From: an uncultured Chloroflexia bacterium
Lineage (GTDB): Bacteria; Chloroflexota; Limnocylindria; Limnocylindrales; CSP1-4
DNA length: 64,000 nucleotides
Reading direction: 5' to 3'
NCBI GenBank assembly: GCA_963835845.1
Contig: CAWIGT010000006.1
Span: 8,709 to 72,708, forward strand
The translations under genes were made by a program, and so were the position numbers. The notes beneath the pieces are model-generated. The model was given only the letters and a program-made list of their open reading frames with translations, made no database searches and was not told the DNA's origin. The first letter of the stretch is position 1. The number at the start of each line of letters is the position of its first letter. Positions 45,176-54,394 of the stretch are shown one piece after another.

Positions 45176-46311
45176 GAGGATGGCTCCACGTAGCTCTGCC
45201 ACTTATGAAGGATCGTGTTTACGTAGCCCTGTTTGCTATCGGGGACTACACCGAGACGGCTGATCGCGCCCGGTCCGGCGTTGTAGGCGGCGAGAGCGAG
45301 GTCGACCCGTCCGAACGATTTGAGCTGAGTGGCGACGTACTTGGCGCCGCCATTCAGGTTCTGCTGGGGATCGAAGGAGTTGGTGACGCCTAGCTCGGCC
45401 GCCGTGGCCGGCATCAGCTGGGTCAGCCCCTGCGCGCCGCAGCTGGACACGGCATTGGGGTTGAAGCTCGACTCGGCGTAGACGAGCGAAGCCAGCAGCA
45501 GCGGGTCCATGCCGTTTGCTACGGCCGCGGAGCGGATCTGGCCGGCGTATGGAATCCGGGACGCGACTGCGTCGAAGCGGGTCAGGACGGCCGCTCCGGA
45601 AGTCGGGACGAGCGTCGCCGGGTCGCTGGGTGACGGAGCGAGCAGCGTCGACGGGTCGGGCAGGCGGCCGGCCGCGAGATACTGCGCCGGATCGACCGCG
45701 GTCCCGCCGCTCGTGTACAACCCGAAATGGAGGTGCGGGCCCGTGGTGACGCCGGTGACCCCCACCTGGCCGATCGTCTGGCCGGCGGTAACGCGCTGGC
45801 CGACGGCAACGGGGAGCGAAGGGTCGAGGTGGGCGTACAGCGACGTGTAGCCGTCGTCGTGGCGGATCTTCACGACCACCGCACCGTCCGATTGGGTGCC
45901 GGCATAGGTGATCGTCCCGTCGGCGGCCGCGTGAACCGCGGTACCGAGCGGGGCCGCCATGTCGATACCGTTGTGGTAGTGGGCGTAGGTCACGCCGTTG
46001 ACGGTGGCCGGCGGCTCCAGGGTTTCGTTGGTCGGCCCGAAGTTCTGCGTCACTTGAGAACTCGGCAGCGGCGAGAGGAACGCCACTCCGGCGGACGCGG
46101 CCGACGCCGAGGCGCCCATGACGCTGATCTTCGCGGACGGGTTCGCGGCGCCGGCGACGCTCTCCAGGACATTGGCGAAGGGAGAGCCGTCGACGAGGCC
46201 CGAGCCGGCCGTGGCGGCCAGCGAGTAACCGCTGGTGGCCCAGTTCGGATCGACACTGCGCATCAGGTCGTCCAGCTGCGAGACGCGGGCCAGGCAGTCG
46301 GTGTAGCTCAT
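45172..46311 (-). CDS. Peptidoglycan hydrolase with fused M23 peptidase and lytic transglycosylase (SLT) domains and no signal peptide (candidate FlgJ functional analogue)
   Basis: M23 domain: HNGIDMAAPLGTAVHAAADGTITYAG...DGYTSLYAHL...GQTIGQVGVTGVTTGPHLHFGLY. SLT domain: MDPLLLASLVYAESSFNPNAVSSCGAQGLTQLMPATA...YNAGPGAI. Confidence 0.85.
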   Translation of the reverse strand: MSYTDCLARVSQLDDLMRSVDPNWATSGYSLAATAGSGLVDGSPFANVLESVAGAANPSAKISVMGASASAASAGVAFLSPLPSSQVTQNFGPTNETLEPPATVNGVTYAHYHNGIDMAAPLGTAVHAAADGTITYAGTQSDGAVVVKIRHDDGYTSLYAHLDPSLPVAVGQRVTAGQTIGQVGVTGVTTGPHLHFGLYTSGGTAVDPAQYLAAGRLPDPSTLLAPSPSDPATLVPTSGAAVLTRFDAVASRIPYAGQIRSAAVANGMDPLLLASLVYAESSFNPNAVSSCGAQGLTQLMPATAAELGVTNSFDPQQNLNGGAKYVATQLKSFGRVDLALAAYNAGPGAISRLGVVPDSKQGYVNTILHKWQSYVEPSS

Positions 46312-46763
46312 CGCCGTTCCCTCGCCACGCGGACGGCGTGCTGCGTCGAGGCGATCTCGGCCATGGCCAGGGTGTCCTGGTGCTCTCGCTCGCGACGTTC
46401 AGCGACGAGGAAGCGGTCGCGCAGGCGCTCGACGACTTCCCGCTGCTTGGTTGCGTCGGCGAGCTTTCGGCGCGCTTCGAAGAGAGCGTCGGTGGCCTTG
46501 CCGAGCCGCTCCTGCGCGGCGACGATAGCGCGCTGAGCCGACGCCACGGCAAAGACCGCGGTCTGGAGATGACCGGCCTCGTTGACGCCGCTCTGCATAT
46601 CGGCCAGCCAGTGCAAATCCTGGCCGGCTCTGCTCTGGGCCGCCTGGACTGCCGTGAGCGCGCGCTGGTGCGCATCGAGGGCGTGGCCCAGTTCGATGCG
46701 GGCCGACTCTTCGGCCATCTCGCGAAGCCGCAGGACGATGCCGAGGCGGAAGCGGTTGCTCAT
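46308..46763 (-). CDS. fliJ: Flagellar export chaperone FliJ
   Basis: A 151-aa coiled-coil protein (RLREMAEESARIELGHAL...KQREVVERLRDRFLVAERREREHQ) sits in the fliI-downstream position with ATGA overlaps on both sides. Confidence 0.8.
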   Translation of the reverse strand: MSNRFRLGIVLRLREMAEESARIELGHALDAHQRALTAVQAAQSRAGQDLHWLADMQSGVNEAGHLQTAVFAVASAQRAIVAAQERLGKATDALFEARRKLADATKQREVVERLRDRFLVAERREREHQDTLAMAEIASTQHAVRVARERR

Positions 46764-48328
46764 CGCGGCGCCTCGCTACGCAACATCGACTGGGGCGCGG
46801 CCGGCCGCTGAGCGGGCTGCGACTGCGGGGCTCCTCCGGGCTGGCCGGGCTGGCCGGCCTGGTCGGCGGCGCCCGCTCCTGCGGGGCCGTTTGGCCTCAC
46901 CACCGCGAGACTGGCACCCGGACCGAGCAGGGCCTGCGCGTTGAGGACGCCGCAGTTCTCCATCCGCCGGCGGGCGTCGACGATATCGGACGTCTCCTCG
47001 AGTTCCTGGCAGAGGAAGCCCTCCAGCGCAGGGCGCAGGGCGATGGCCTCGTCGATTGCCGGATTCGAGCCGTGAGCGTAGGCGCCGACTTCGATCAGGT
47101 CGCGGGCGCCCTCGTATTCGGCGAGGGCGGCGCGCACGGCGCCGGCCAGACGCATGTGTTCCTTGTCCACGACCGCCGGCATGGCCCGCGACACCGACGC
47201 CAGGACGTCGATCGCCGGGTAGTGGTTGCGCTCGGCCAGCGAGCGAGACAGGACGATGTGGCCGTCGAGAATGGACCGAACCGTGTCCGCGACGGGCTCG
47301 GTCATGTCGTCGCCTTCGACCAGGACGGTGAAGAAGCCGGTGATCGTCCCGTATTCGGTATTGCCGGCCCGTTCCAGCAGACGCGGCAGGAACGAGAACA
47401 CGGACGGCGGGTAGCCGCGCAACGCCGGCGGCTCCCCTGCTCCGAGCCCGATCTCGCGCTGGGCCATGGCCAGACGCGTGACCGAGTCCATCATGAAGAG
47501 GACGTCCTTGCCGGCGTCGCGGAAGGACTCGGCGATCGCGGTCGCGATCTCCGCGGCCTTCAGGCGCAGGAGCGCGGGCTGGTCGGACGTGGCCACCACT
47601 ACGCAGGACCGAGCCAGACCTTCGGGCCCGAGCTGCTCGTCGATGAACTCCTGGACCTCGCGGCCTCGCTCCCCGATCAACGCGATTACGTTGACGTCCG
47701 AGGATGCGTGGCGGGCGATCATCGCCAGCAGCGTCGACTTGCCCACGCCGGAACCGGCGAAGATGCCCAGCCGCTGGCCCTTGCCCGCGGCCAGCATGCC
47801 GTCGAGGGCGCGTACGCCCGTGGAGATCGGCGTCGAGATGCGGGCCCGGCCGAGCGGATGTGGCGCCGCGCCGGTGACGACGCGGTATTCGGCGCGGAGC
47901 GGGCCCTGGCCGTCGAGCGGCCGGCCGAAGCCGTCGAGCACGCGCCCGAGCAACGCCGGGCCGATCGGGACGCGGAACTGCTGGTCGCGGAGCCGGACGG
48001 CGGAGCCGGGCCGAACGCCCGACAGATCGCCGAACGGGACCAGTGTGATCAGTCCATCTTTGAAACCGACCACCTCGGCGCTGACCATCCCCTCGGGTTC
48101 GAGGTCTATCCAGCAGATCGACCCGAGCTGCAGGACCAGGCCCGCGGCCTCGACGGTCGTGCCGATTACGCGGACGACTTCGCCCGTGGCCTGGAAGAGC
48201 GGCGCGGCCTCGGCCGCCTCGATGAGATGGCGCAGCAACGGCGAGACGCTGTCGTCGGCGGCCAGGAGGTGGCTGCGGCCGTGCCGGCGCGCCGGGGAGC
48301 CGCCGCCGGCGCGATCCGCGATCGTCAT
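46760..48328 (-). CDS. fliI: Flagellum-specific ATPase FliI
   Basis: GQRLGIFAGSGVGKSTLLAMIAR, VIALIGERGREVQEF, DVLFMMDSVTRLAMAQREIGLGAGEPPALRGYPPSVF. The start MTIADR at 48328 overlaps the fliH stop. Confidence 0.93.
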   Translation of the reverse strand: MTIADRAGGGSPARRHGRSHLLAADDSVSPLLRHLIEAAEAAPLFQATGEVVRVIGTTVEAAGLVLQLGSICWIDLEPEGMVSAEVVGFKDGLITLVPFGDLSGVRPGSAVRLRDQQFRVPIGPALLGRVLDGFGRPLDGQGPLRAEYRVVTGAAPHPLGRARISTPISTGVRALDGMLAAGKGQRLGIFAGSGVGKSTLLAMIARHASSDVNVIALIGERGREVQEFIDEQLGPEGLARSCVVVATSDQPALLRLKAAEIATAIAESFRDAGKDVLFMMDSVTRLAMAQREIGLGAGEPPALRGYPPSVFSFLPRLLERAGNTEYGTITGFFTVLVEGDDMTEPVADTVRSILDGHIVLSRSLAERNHYPAIDVLASVSRAMPAVVDKEHMRLAGAVRAALAEYEGARDLIEVGAYAHGSNPAIDEAIALRPALEGFLCQELEETSDIVDARRRMENCGVLNAQALLGPGASLAVVRPNGPAGAGAADQAGQPGQPGGAPQSQPAQRPAAPQSMLRSEAPR

Positions 48329-49107
48329 GCGACTTCCTCTTCGACCGTGCCACGGGCCAGATTCGGAATGGCGCGGTCGAGCGCGATACCGACCTCTTCC
48401 AGCTGAGCTTCCAGGCCCGCCTCGACGAATCCGTGGTCGTAGCGGAGCGTGCAGCCGCCCGGTGGCAGCGTCGGGTCGCCTTCGAAGACCCACTTCTTGC
48501 CGAGATAGGCTCGGCCGTGCAGCGCCTCCCAGGCCTCGCGGACCGGCTCGACGGCGGCAGGATTCAGAAGGGCGTGGGCCTCGGGCGAGCCGTTGATCGT
48601 ACTGACGGCGGCCTCGAGCGACGCGCACAGCAGGCTCGGCTCGATGCGGACTTCGTGCTGGATGATGCGCTTGGCCACCGACAGGGCAAGTTCGGCGATG
48701 GCGTGGGCAATCTCGGAAGTTCGCTCCGGGGCGATGGCCTGGAGCCGATCCGCCATCGCGGATGCCCCCTCCACGGCGGCTCGCAACTCGGCTTCGGCGC
48801 GTGCGCGACCGACTTCGTAACCCCGTTCCTCGGCCGCTCGTTCGACTCGGCGGATCTCCTCGGCGAGCGCCGCCTCGTCCTCGCTCACCGCGAGTCCGGC
48901 CGCCACCTGGGCGGCGCCCGCGGCTGCCAGACCCGGACCGCCGTGATTCCCGGCGAAGGCGCTGGCACGGCCGTGGCCCCGGAAGACGGTGGTACTCGGA
49001 TCGGTCAGGCCCGCGCCGGGCGCATCCGGGACGGCGGGCATCTCAACCGGCCCGGCAGGCTGGCCGGCGTCGGTGTCGTGGATCAGCCGCCAGCTAGACG
49101 AAGGCAT
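48325..49107 (-). CDS. fliH: Flagellar assembly protein FliH
   Basis: EERGYEVGRARAEAELRAAVE...ELALSVAKRIIQHEVRIEPSLL...GGCTLRYDHGFVEAGLEAQLEEV. Confidence 0.85.
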   Translation of the reverse strand: MPSSSWRLIHDTDAGQPAGPVEMPAVPDAPGAGLTDPSTTVFRGHGRASAFAGNHGGPGLAAAGAAQVAAGLAVSEDEAALAEEIRRVERAAEERGYEVGRARAEAELRAAVEGASAMADRLQAIAPERTSEIAHAIAELALSVAKRIIQHEVRIEPSLLCASLEAAVSTINGSPEAHALLNPAAVEPVREAWEALHGRAYLGKKWVFEGDPTLPPGGCTLRYDHGFVEAGLEAQLEEVGIALDRAIPNLARGTVEEEVA

Positions 49108-50110
49108 CTTCGGTGCCTCCGCGGTTGATCGTGATCTCGTCGCTGTCTTCGAGGCGCTTGATCGAATCGATGATCCGCTGCTGGGCTTCTTCGACGGCCT
49201 TCATCCGGACCTGTCCGGCCAGGCCCATCTCTTCTCTCAGCATCTCGGCGGCGCGCTGGGACATGTTCTGGAAGAACTTCAGCCGCAGGGCTTCGGTGGC
49301 GGGCCGGAGGGCCAGGGCCATGTCCTTGGCGTCAAGCTCGCGGATGACCCGCTGCATCGCGCGGTCGTCGAGGAGCTCGATGTCGTCGAAGACGAACATG
49401 TAGCGCCGTACCTCGTCGGCCAGCTGCGAGTCCTGCTCGGCGAGGGCCTCGAGGATCTGACGCTCGTTCGTACGACCCACCTGGTTCAGAACGTGGGCCA
49501 GGGGGCGGGTGCCGCCCACCGATGTCACTTCGGTCACGACGGACGAGAGCTTGCGCCGAAGGCCTTCCTCGACGATCTCCACCGCCTCAGGCGTGATTTG
49601 CTCGGTCAGGGCAATTCGCTTGGCGACCTCGACCTGGATCGGCGCGTCGAATTGGGTGAGGATCTGGGCGGCGCCGCGCGGGTCGAGATGGGCAAGAACG
49701 ATGGCAATCGTCTGTGGATGCTCGTCGGCCAGCAGCCCGGCGGCCTGCGGGGCTTCGATGTCGCGCATGAAGTCGAACGGGATGATCTGCTGGGCCTGGT
49801 GGACCCGATCCAGCAGCTCGCGGGCCTTGTTCTGGCCGAAAGCCTGGGCGAACAGCTCGACGGCATAGTTCTCGCCGCCGGGCAGCACGCCGGCGTGGGC
49901 GAAGAGCCCCGCATAGGCTTCTTCGAGGATCGCGTCCCGTACGGTCGAGTCGACCGCCGGCATACGCATCAGTTCCAGGGCGACCCTGTCCAGGGCTTCC
50001 GGCGGCAGGCGGGCCAGAAGCTTGGCCGAAGCTTCGGTGCCGAGCGTGATCAGCAGCGCCGCGGCCTTGCGCGGTCCGCTGAGTGAGAGTGCTGCCGCTT
50101 CGGTGCTCAT
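49094..50110 (-). CDS. fliG: Flagellar motor switch protein FliG
   Basis: GPRKAAALLITLGTEASAKLLARLPPEAL, MFVFDDIELLDDRAMQRVIRELD, MSQRAAEMLREEM. Confidence 0.93.
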   Translation of the reverse strand: MSTEAAALSLSGPRKAAALLITLGTEASAKLLARLPPEALDRVALELMRMPAVDSTVRDAILEEAYAGLFAHAGVLPGGENYAVELFAQAFGQNKARELLDRVHQAQQIIPFDFMRDIEAPQAAGLLADEHPQTIAIVLAHLDPRGAAQILTQFDAPIQVEVAKRIALTEQITPEAVEIVEEGLRRKLSSVVTEVTSVGGTRPLAHVLNQVGRTNERQILEALAEQDSQLADEVRRYMFVFDDIELLDDRAMQRVIRELDAKDMALALRPATEALRLKFFQNMSQRAAEMLREEMGLAGQVRMKAVEEAQQRIIDSIKRLEDSDEITINRGGTEDAFV

Positions 50111-51807
50111 CGACGGCGATCGTCTTCACGGAGCCAGCCGTGCATCAGGCCGGCCAGAGCTTCCGGCCGCTCGTCGGCGACCATTCGAAGCCGCTCCTGG
50201 ATGCGGGCCTGCGGGGTGGCGCTGGGGACGTCGGCGGCGACGGGAGCGTCGGGGTTCGACGTGCTGGCCGGGATCCCGGCCCGGTTGGGAGATGGCGCGA
50301 AGGCGGCCGTGGCTCCGGCGGGACCGAGGTCGAGGACGGTCTCTTCGGTGCGGCGCTTCAGAGAGCGCATGTTCATCCAGAACAGCACGAGCATGATCAG
50401 GGCCAGGACGGATCCGACGATCGTGCCGCTCATGCCGCCGACGGTCTTCATCACGTCGGGCGAGGCGGAGGCCACGGTCGTATCGGCCGACGCCTGGGCG
50501 GCGAAGGTCACGGCCTGAACTGCCACCACGTCGCCGCGCGCACTGTCGGATCCGATCGCGGCGGAGATGCTGGTCTTGAGAGTGTCGGCGGTGAGCGTGC
50601 CCAGAGCGGCCTGATCGACGAACACGGCGACCGACAGCTTCTTCACCACTCCGGGCTGGGTGACGATGTGCTGGACAGTCTGGGAGACGCTGTAGTTGAT
50701 GGTGGTGTCCTGGTGGATGTAGCCGCCTGCCCCGCTCGTCGAGTCCGGCGCGGCCGTGGCCGCGGCCTGGCTCGCGCCGGCCGAGGGGGAAGCGCTCGGG
50801 GCCGTGGTAGCCGCGGCGGCGGCAGGCGCGGCGGTGGTGTCGGCCACGCACAGACCCGGATAGGACGGCAGGCCAGCGACGTTCGAGTTGGTGCCGGGGA
50901 TACCGCAGGCGCCGTCGGACGAGGTTGCACCGTAGGTTTCGGTGATGTTGTGGATGCTCACGGGCGGGTCGCTGCCGGCCGGGGCATAGGTCGTGATGTC
51001 CTGCACGACCTGGCTCGTATCCACGTCGGCCGAGACGGCCACCGAAGCGTGGCCCGGACCCAGGGCGGCGGCGATGAGGCTCTGGATCTTGGCTTCGGCC
51101 TGCTGCTCGACCAGGTCCTTGGCCTGGGCGGCGGCGGCGTCGGCGCTGCTGGCCGAACCGGCCAGAACGTGTCCCTGATCGTCGGTGACGACGACGTTTT
51201 CGGCCTTGAGGCCCTGAACGGAATTGGCGACGGTATTGACGATGGCCTGGACGATGCCGTCGCTGGGGGTCCGGCCACCGGTCATGCCCAGCACGATGGC
51301 GGCACTGGCCGGAGTGTCCTCGGAGGAAAGCGCCCCGGTCTGGGCCAGGACCACCGAGACGCGCGCGGTGGCGACCCCTTCCATGCCCTGGATCGTCTTG
51401 GTCAGCTCGCCCTCGAGAGCCCGCTGGTAGGTGACGCTCTGGTCGAACTGCGACTGGCCGAAGCCCTGATTGTCGAAGAGGCTCCAGCCCTGGACGTCGT
51501 TGCCCGTCCCGGAGGTGATGCCCGCGGCTCCGGCGGCGATCTCGGCGTCGCCGAGCGAGTCCACGGGGACTTCGATGGTGGTTCCGGCGTCGGTCACCTG
51601 GTACGGGATGTTGGCGGTTCGGAGCGCGCCTTCGATCGTGGTCGCGTCGGCCGGAGAAACGCCGGTGAAGGCCGGCGTGTAGTCGACCTTGCTGGCGAAC
51701 ATGACCAGGACGCCGATCATCGCCACCGCCGCGACCGCGGCACCGATGATGCCGATGCGCTGGGTGAGCGAGATCTGCTTGAGGATTCCCTGGACCTGGT
51801 CGTTCAT
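50107..51807 (-). CDS. fliF: Flagellar M-ring protein FliF
   Basis: MNDQVQGILKQISLTQRIGIIGAAVAAVAMIGVLVMF, ALEGELTKTIQGMEGVATARVSVVL, and a C-terminal TM segment plus the FliG-binding tail. Confidence 0.92.
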   Translation of the reverse strand: MNDQVQGILKQISLTQRIGIIGAAVAAVAMIGVLVMFASKVDYTPAFTGVSPADATTIEGALRTANIPYQVTDAGTTIEVPVDSLGDAEIAAGAAGITSGTGNDVQGWSLFDNQGFGQSQFDQSVTYQRALEGELTKTIQGMEGVATARVSVVLAQTGALSSEDTPASAAIVLGMTGGRTPSDGIVQAIVNTVANSVQGLKAENVVVTDDQGHVLAGSASSADAAAAQAKDLVEQQAEAKIQSLIAAALGPGHASVAVSADVDTSQVVQDITTYAPAGSDPPVSIHNITETYGATSSDGACGIPGTNSNVAGLPSYPGLCVADTTAAPAAAAATTAPSASPSAGASQAAATAAPDSTSGAGGYIHQDTTINYSVSQTVQHIVTQPGVVKKLSVAVFVDQAALGTLTADTLKTSISAAIGSDSARGDVVAVQAVTFAAQASADTTVASASPDVMKTVGGMSGTIVGSVLALIMLVLFWMNMRSLKRRTEETVLDLGPAGATAAFAPSPNRAGIPASTSNPDAPVAADVPSATPQARIQERLRMVADERPEALAGLMHGWLREDDRRR

Positions 51808-51820
51808 CGATCAGCCATCC

Positions 51821-52180
51821 TCACAGCTGGGTCCGCATGATTTCCGAGTAGGCATCGAGCAGCTTGTCGCGGACGTCGACTGCGGTCTTGAGGCTCACCG
51901 ACGCCTCTTCCATCTGAAGCATCACGGTGTGCAGGTCGGCCGAGCCGCCGGCCGCGAAGTTGGCCGCCGACGAGTCGGCGGCGTTCATCTGGCCGTTGAG
52001 CTGGCCGAAAGCGTCGCTCAGGGAGTTGAGGAACGAGTCGCCCGGCGCCTGGCCGCCCGCGGTTCCGTCCACAGTGCTGGCGCTGTTGGCGATGCCGGTT
52101 CCGGAGAGGGACGAGACCGAGCTCGTGCCCGACACTCCGGACACGCCGCCGATGGAGGAGATGGCGCCGATGGCGTTCAT
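51821..52180 (-). CDS. fliE: Flagellar hook-basal body complex protein FliE
   Basis: GGSADLHTVMLQMEEASVSLKTAVDVRDKLLDAYSEIMRTQL. Confidence 0.88.
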   Translation of the reverse strand: MNAIGAISSIGGVSGVSGTSSVSSLSGTGIANSASTVDGTAGGQAPGDSFLNSLSDAFGQLNGQMNAADSSAANFAAGGSADLHTVMLQMEEASVSLKTAVDVRDKLLDAYSEIMRTQL

Positions 52181-52187
52181 CGCTCGC

Positions 52188-52607
52188 TCACGCCTTTCCC
52201 AGGTCGAGGGCGTCGAGGGCCTGCTGCTTGGCCGCCTGAGCGACCGTGGCGTTGACCTGATAGGAGCGAGCCGCCCCCATCATGTCGGTCATCTCGGAGG
52301 CCACGTCGACGTTGGGGTAGTTGACGAAGCCATTGGTGTCGGCGTCGGGGTTGCCCGGGTCGTAGACGCGGGTATCGGGCCGCGCCGGGTTGACGATGGC
52401 CACCGCCGAAACGCCCTGGGCGGCGCCGATCGGGCCCATCTGCTGCGCCTGGAAGACGACAGCCTCCTCCTGATACGGCTGCCCGGGGGCGCCGTTCTGC
52501 GTCCGGGTCGTCTGCGCATTGGCCAGATTGCTGGCTGCGACGTCCATCCTGAGGCGCTCAGCCGTCAGGCCGGAGGCGGCGATGCGGATCGTGTCGAAGA
52601 CGCTCAT
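52188..52607 (-). CDS. flgC: Flagellar basal-body rod protein FlgC
   Basis: MSVFDTIRIAASGLTAERLRMDVAASNLANAQTT...NYPNVDVASEMTDMMGAARSYQVNATV. GAGGAAA lies upstream of the ATG at 52607. Confidence 0.9.
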   Translation of the reverse strand: MSVFDTIRIAASGLTAERLRMDVAASNLANAQTTRTQNGAPGQPYQEEAVVFQAQQMGPIGAAQGVSAVAIVNPARPDTRVYDPGNPDADTNGFVNYPNVDVASEMTDMMGAARSYQVNATVAQAAKQQALDALDLGKA

Positions 52608-52996
52608 GGGGCGGTTTCCTCGGCTATTCGGCAGGCTGTAGCGGGGGCGATTGGCTTCCCGTCGGCCTTTCCGAACCCGTCCGCATCTTCGGCTGGCCGG
52701 AGCCGCGCCGGTATCAGGGTCCACCCTCGGACCCGATCCCTATTGGTACGACCCACCGTCGAGCGAGCGGACCTCCCCTCCTGGACCCTCCGTGCGGGCC
52801 CCCCTCTCGGGCACGTGCGGCGTGGGCACCCGATCCGGGGCGGTGCGGACCCCTACGGTGCCGCGTCGCCGACTCTTCACATCAGGCATCCGCATCCAGG
52901 TGGCCGGCCTCCGCGGCCCGCCGCTTTGCTCCTTGCCCCGCGACCTGCCCCGCCACCCGCCCCGTGGTGGCTGCATCGGCCATACACTGCGCAGCG

Positions 52997-54394
52997 ATGG
53001 AAGAGCGTACGGTCGCCCGCCACCTTGCGGGGGCCGAGTTGTGGGCGCGATTGGACGACGTGGCCGGCTGGGCAGTCCGGGCCGCGGGAGGGCCGGGGCG
53101 CGACGCCGGCGGCGCCCTGGTCGTCCAGCCCCTGCCAGATGTAGCGCTCGTTTCGGGCTGGGAGGACGGCGAGCCCTTCTGCGCCACCATCTGTTCCACC
53201 GACGTGGGCCTGCAGTTCTGCCGGCGCTGTCCCGAAGAAGTGGCGGCGCGGGTCCTCGCCACGGGTCTGGCTGCTCGTGGCCGCTGCCGTGCCGGCGGAG
53301 CCCTGCTGGGATTCCCGGCGCCGCGTGGCTCGAGGACGACGGCCGCGGTTCTTCGCGTCGGGCCGCCCACGCCCCGAGAGGCGGCCGCGGTGGCGGATCG
53401 AACGCGAGTGGCTCCCGCCGCCCTTCGCCGCGCCGCCCGCCAGGCGGCGCCCAGCAACGCGGCTGCGGCCCTGGCCGCCGCGCGCGTCTTGCGCGACCCG
53501 ACCCTGCTTTTCGAGTGGCAGGTCCAGCAGCGGGCCCGCGGCTCCGACCGGCGCCGGACCGCGACGGCCGCACTTGCTCAGATGGTCGCGACCGGCGAGG
53601 AGTTCTACGAGCTGTACCGGTCGTCCCAGAAGCAGCGGCGCGACCTCGAGCGGAACCAGCGACGGCTGGATCGGCTGGCCCGCCAGACTCTGCGGGCCAG
53701 CGACCTGGAACGAGCGCGCATCGCCCATCAGATCCACGACACCGCGGCCCAGTCGATGGTGAGTGCATTCCGGTTCCTGGACGCGGCCCGGGCCTATGCC
53801 GGCGGACATCCGGGCGAGTCGATCGACACATATCTGGAGGCCGCGTCGGAGCGGCTGGTCACGGCCATCAAAGAAGTGAGGGCCGTCCTCAACGACCTGG
53901 TCCCGCCCGGCCTCGAAGAACTGGGCCTGGGTCAGGCCATCGAGAGCCGGATGATGTCGCTGGCCGCCGAGTCCGGCATGGACATGACGATCGAAGGCGA
54001 GCTGCCGCGCCTCGACGACTGGGTCGAGCAGGCGCTCTACGGCATGACGACCGAGGCGCTGACCAACGCCGTCCACCACTCCCAGGCGCACACGATCCGC
54101 ACCGAGTTGCGCGCCGCGAAAGGCCGGGCCGTGGTGACGGTCCATGACGACGGACAGGGCTTCGACCCCGCCGCCGCGGAACGCCGACGCAAGGGCGGCG
54201 GGCTGGGGCTCCTGGGCATCGCCAAGCAGGCTCGCTGGCTCGGTGGAACCGCTTCGGTGCGGAGTTCCATCGGCTCTGGCACCCTGGTCAGGATTTCGAT
54301 ACCGATAGCCCGACACACCGGAACCCGGTCGGGGTACCCTGGCACGAGTAACGAAACCTCTGCCGGCGGCCGTAACGGAGAAGGTAAGTCGTGA
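52997..54394 (+). CDS. Sensor histidine kinase (HisKA_3/HATPase) with a Cys-rich cytoplasmic N-terminal sensor region
   Basis: N-terminal FCATICSTDVGLQFCRRCPEE (C-x3-C-x8-C-x2-C); ERARIAHQIHDTAAQSM (H-box); EALTNAVHHSQA; VHDDGQGFDP; GLGLLGIAKQARWLGG. No TM segments were seen. Confidence 0.85.
   Translation: MEERTVARHLAGAELWARLDDVAGWAVRAAGGPGRDAGGALVVQPLPDVALVSGWEDGEPFCATICSTDVGLQFCRRCPEEVAARVLATGLAARGRCRAGGALLGFPAPRGSRTTAAVLRVGPPTPREAAAVADRTRVAPAALRRAARQAAPSNAAAALAAARVLRDPTLLFEWQVQQRARGSDRRRTATAALAQMVATGEEFYELYRSSQKQRRDLERNQRRLDRLARQTLRASDLERARIAHQIHDTAAQSMVSAFRFLDAARAYAGGHPGESIDTYLEAASERLVTAIKEVRAVLNDLVPPGLEELGLGQAIESRMMSLAAESGMDMTIEGELPRLDDWVEQALYGMTTEALTNAVHHSQAHTIRTELRAAKGRAVVTVHDDGQGFDPAAAERRRKGGGLGLLGIAKQARWLGGTASVRSSIGSGTLVRISIPIARHTGTRSGYPGTSNETSAGGRNGEGKS

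Noticed and set aside
52608-52650. GCCGAATA upstream of flgC as a sigma-28 -10 element
   Set aside because: It has an extra base relative to GCCGATAA and no TAAA-like -35 at 15-16 nt. It would also leave only about 15 nt, overlapping the Shine-Dalgarno sequence.
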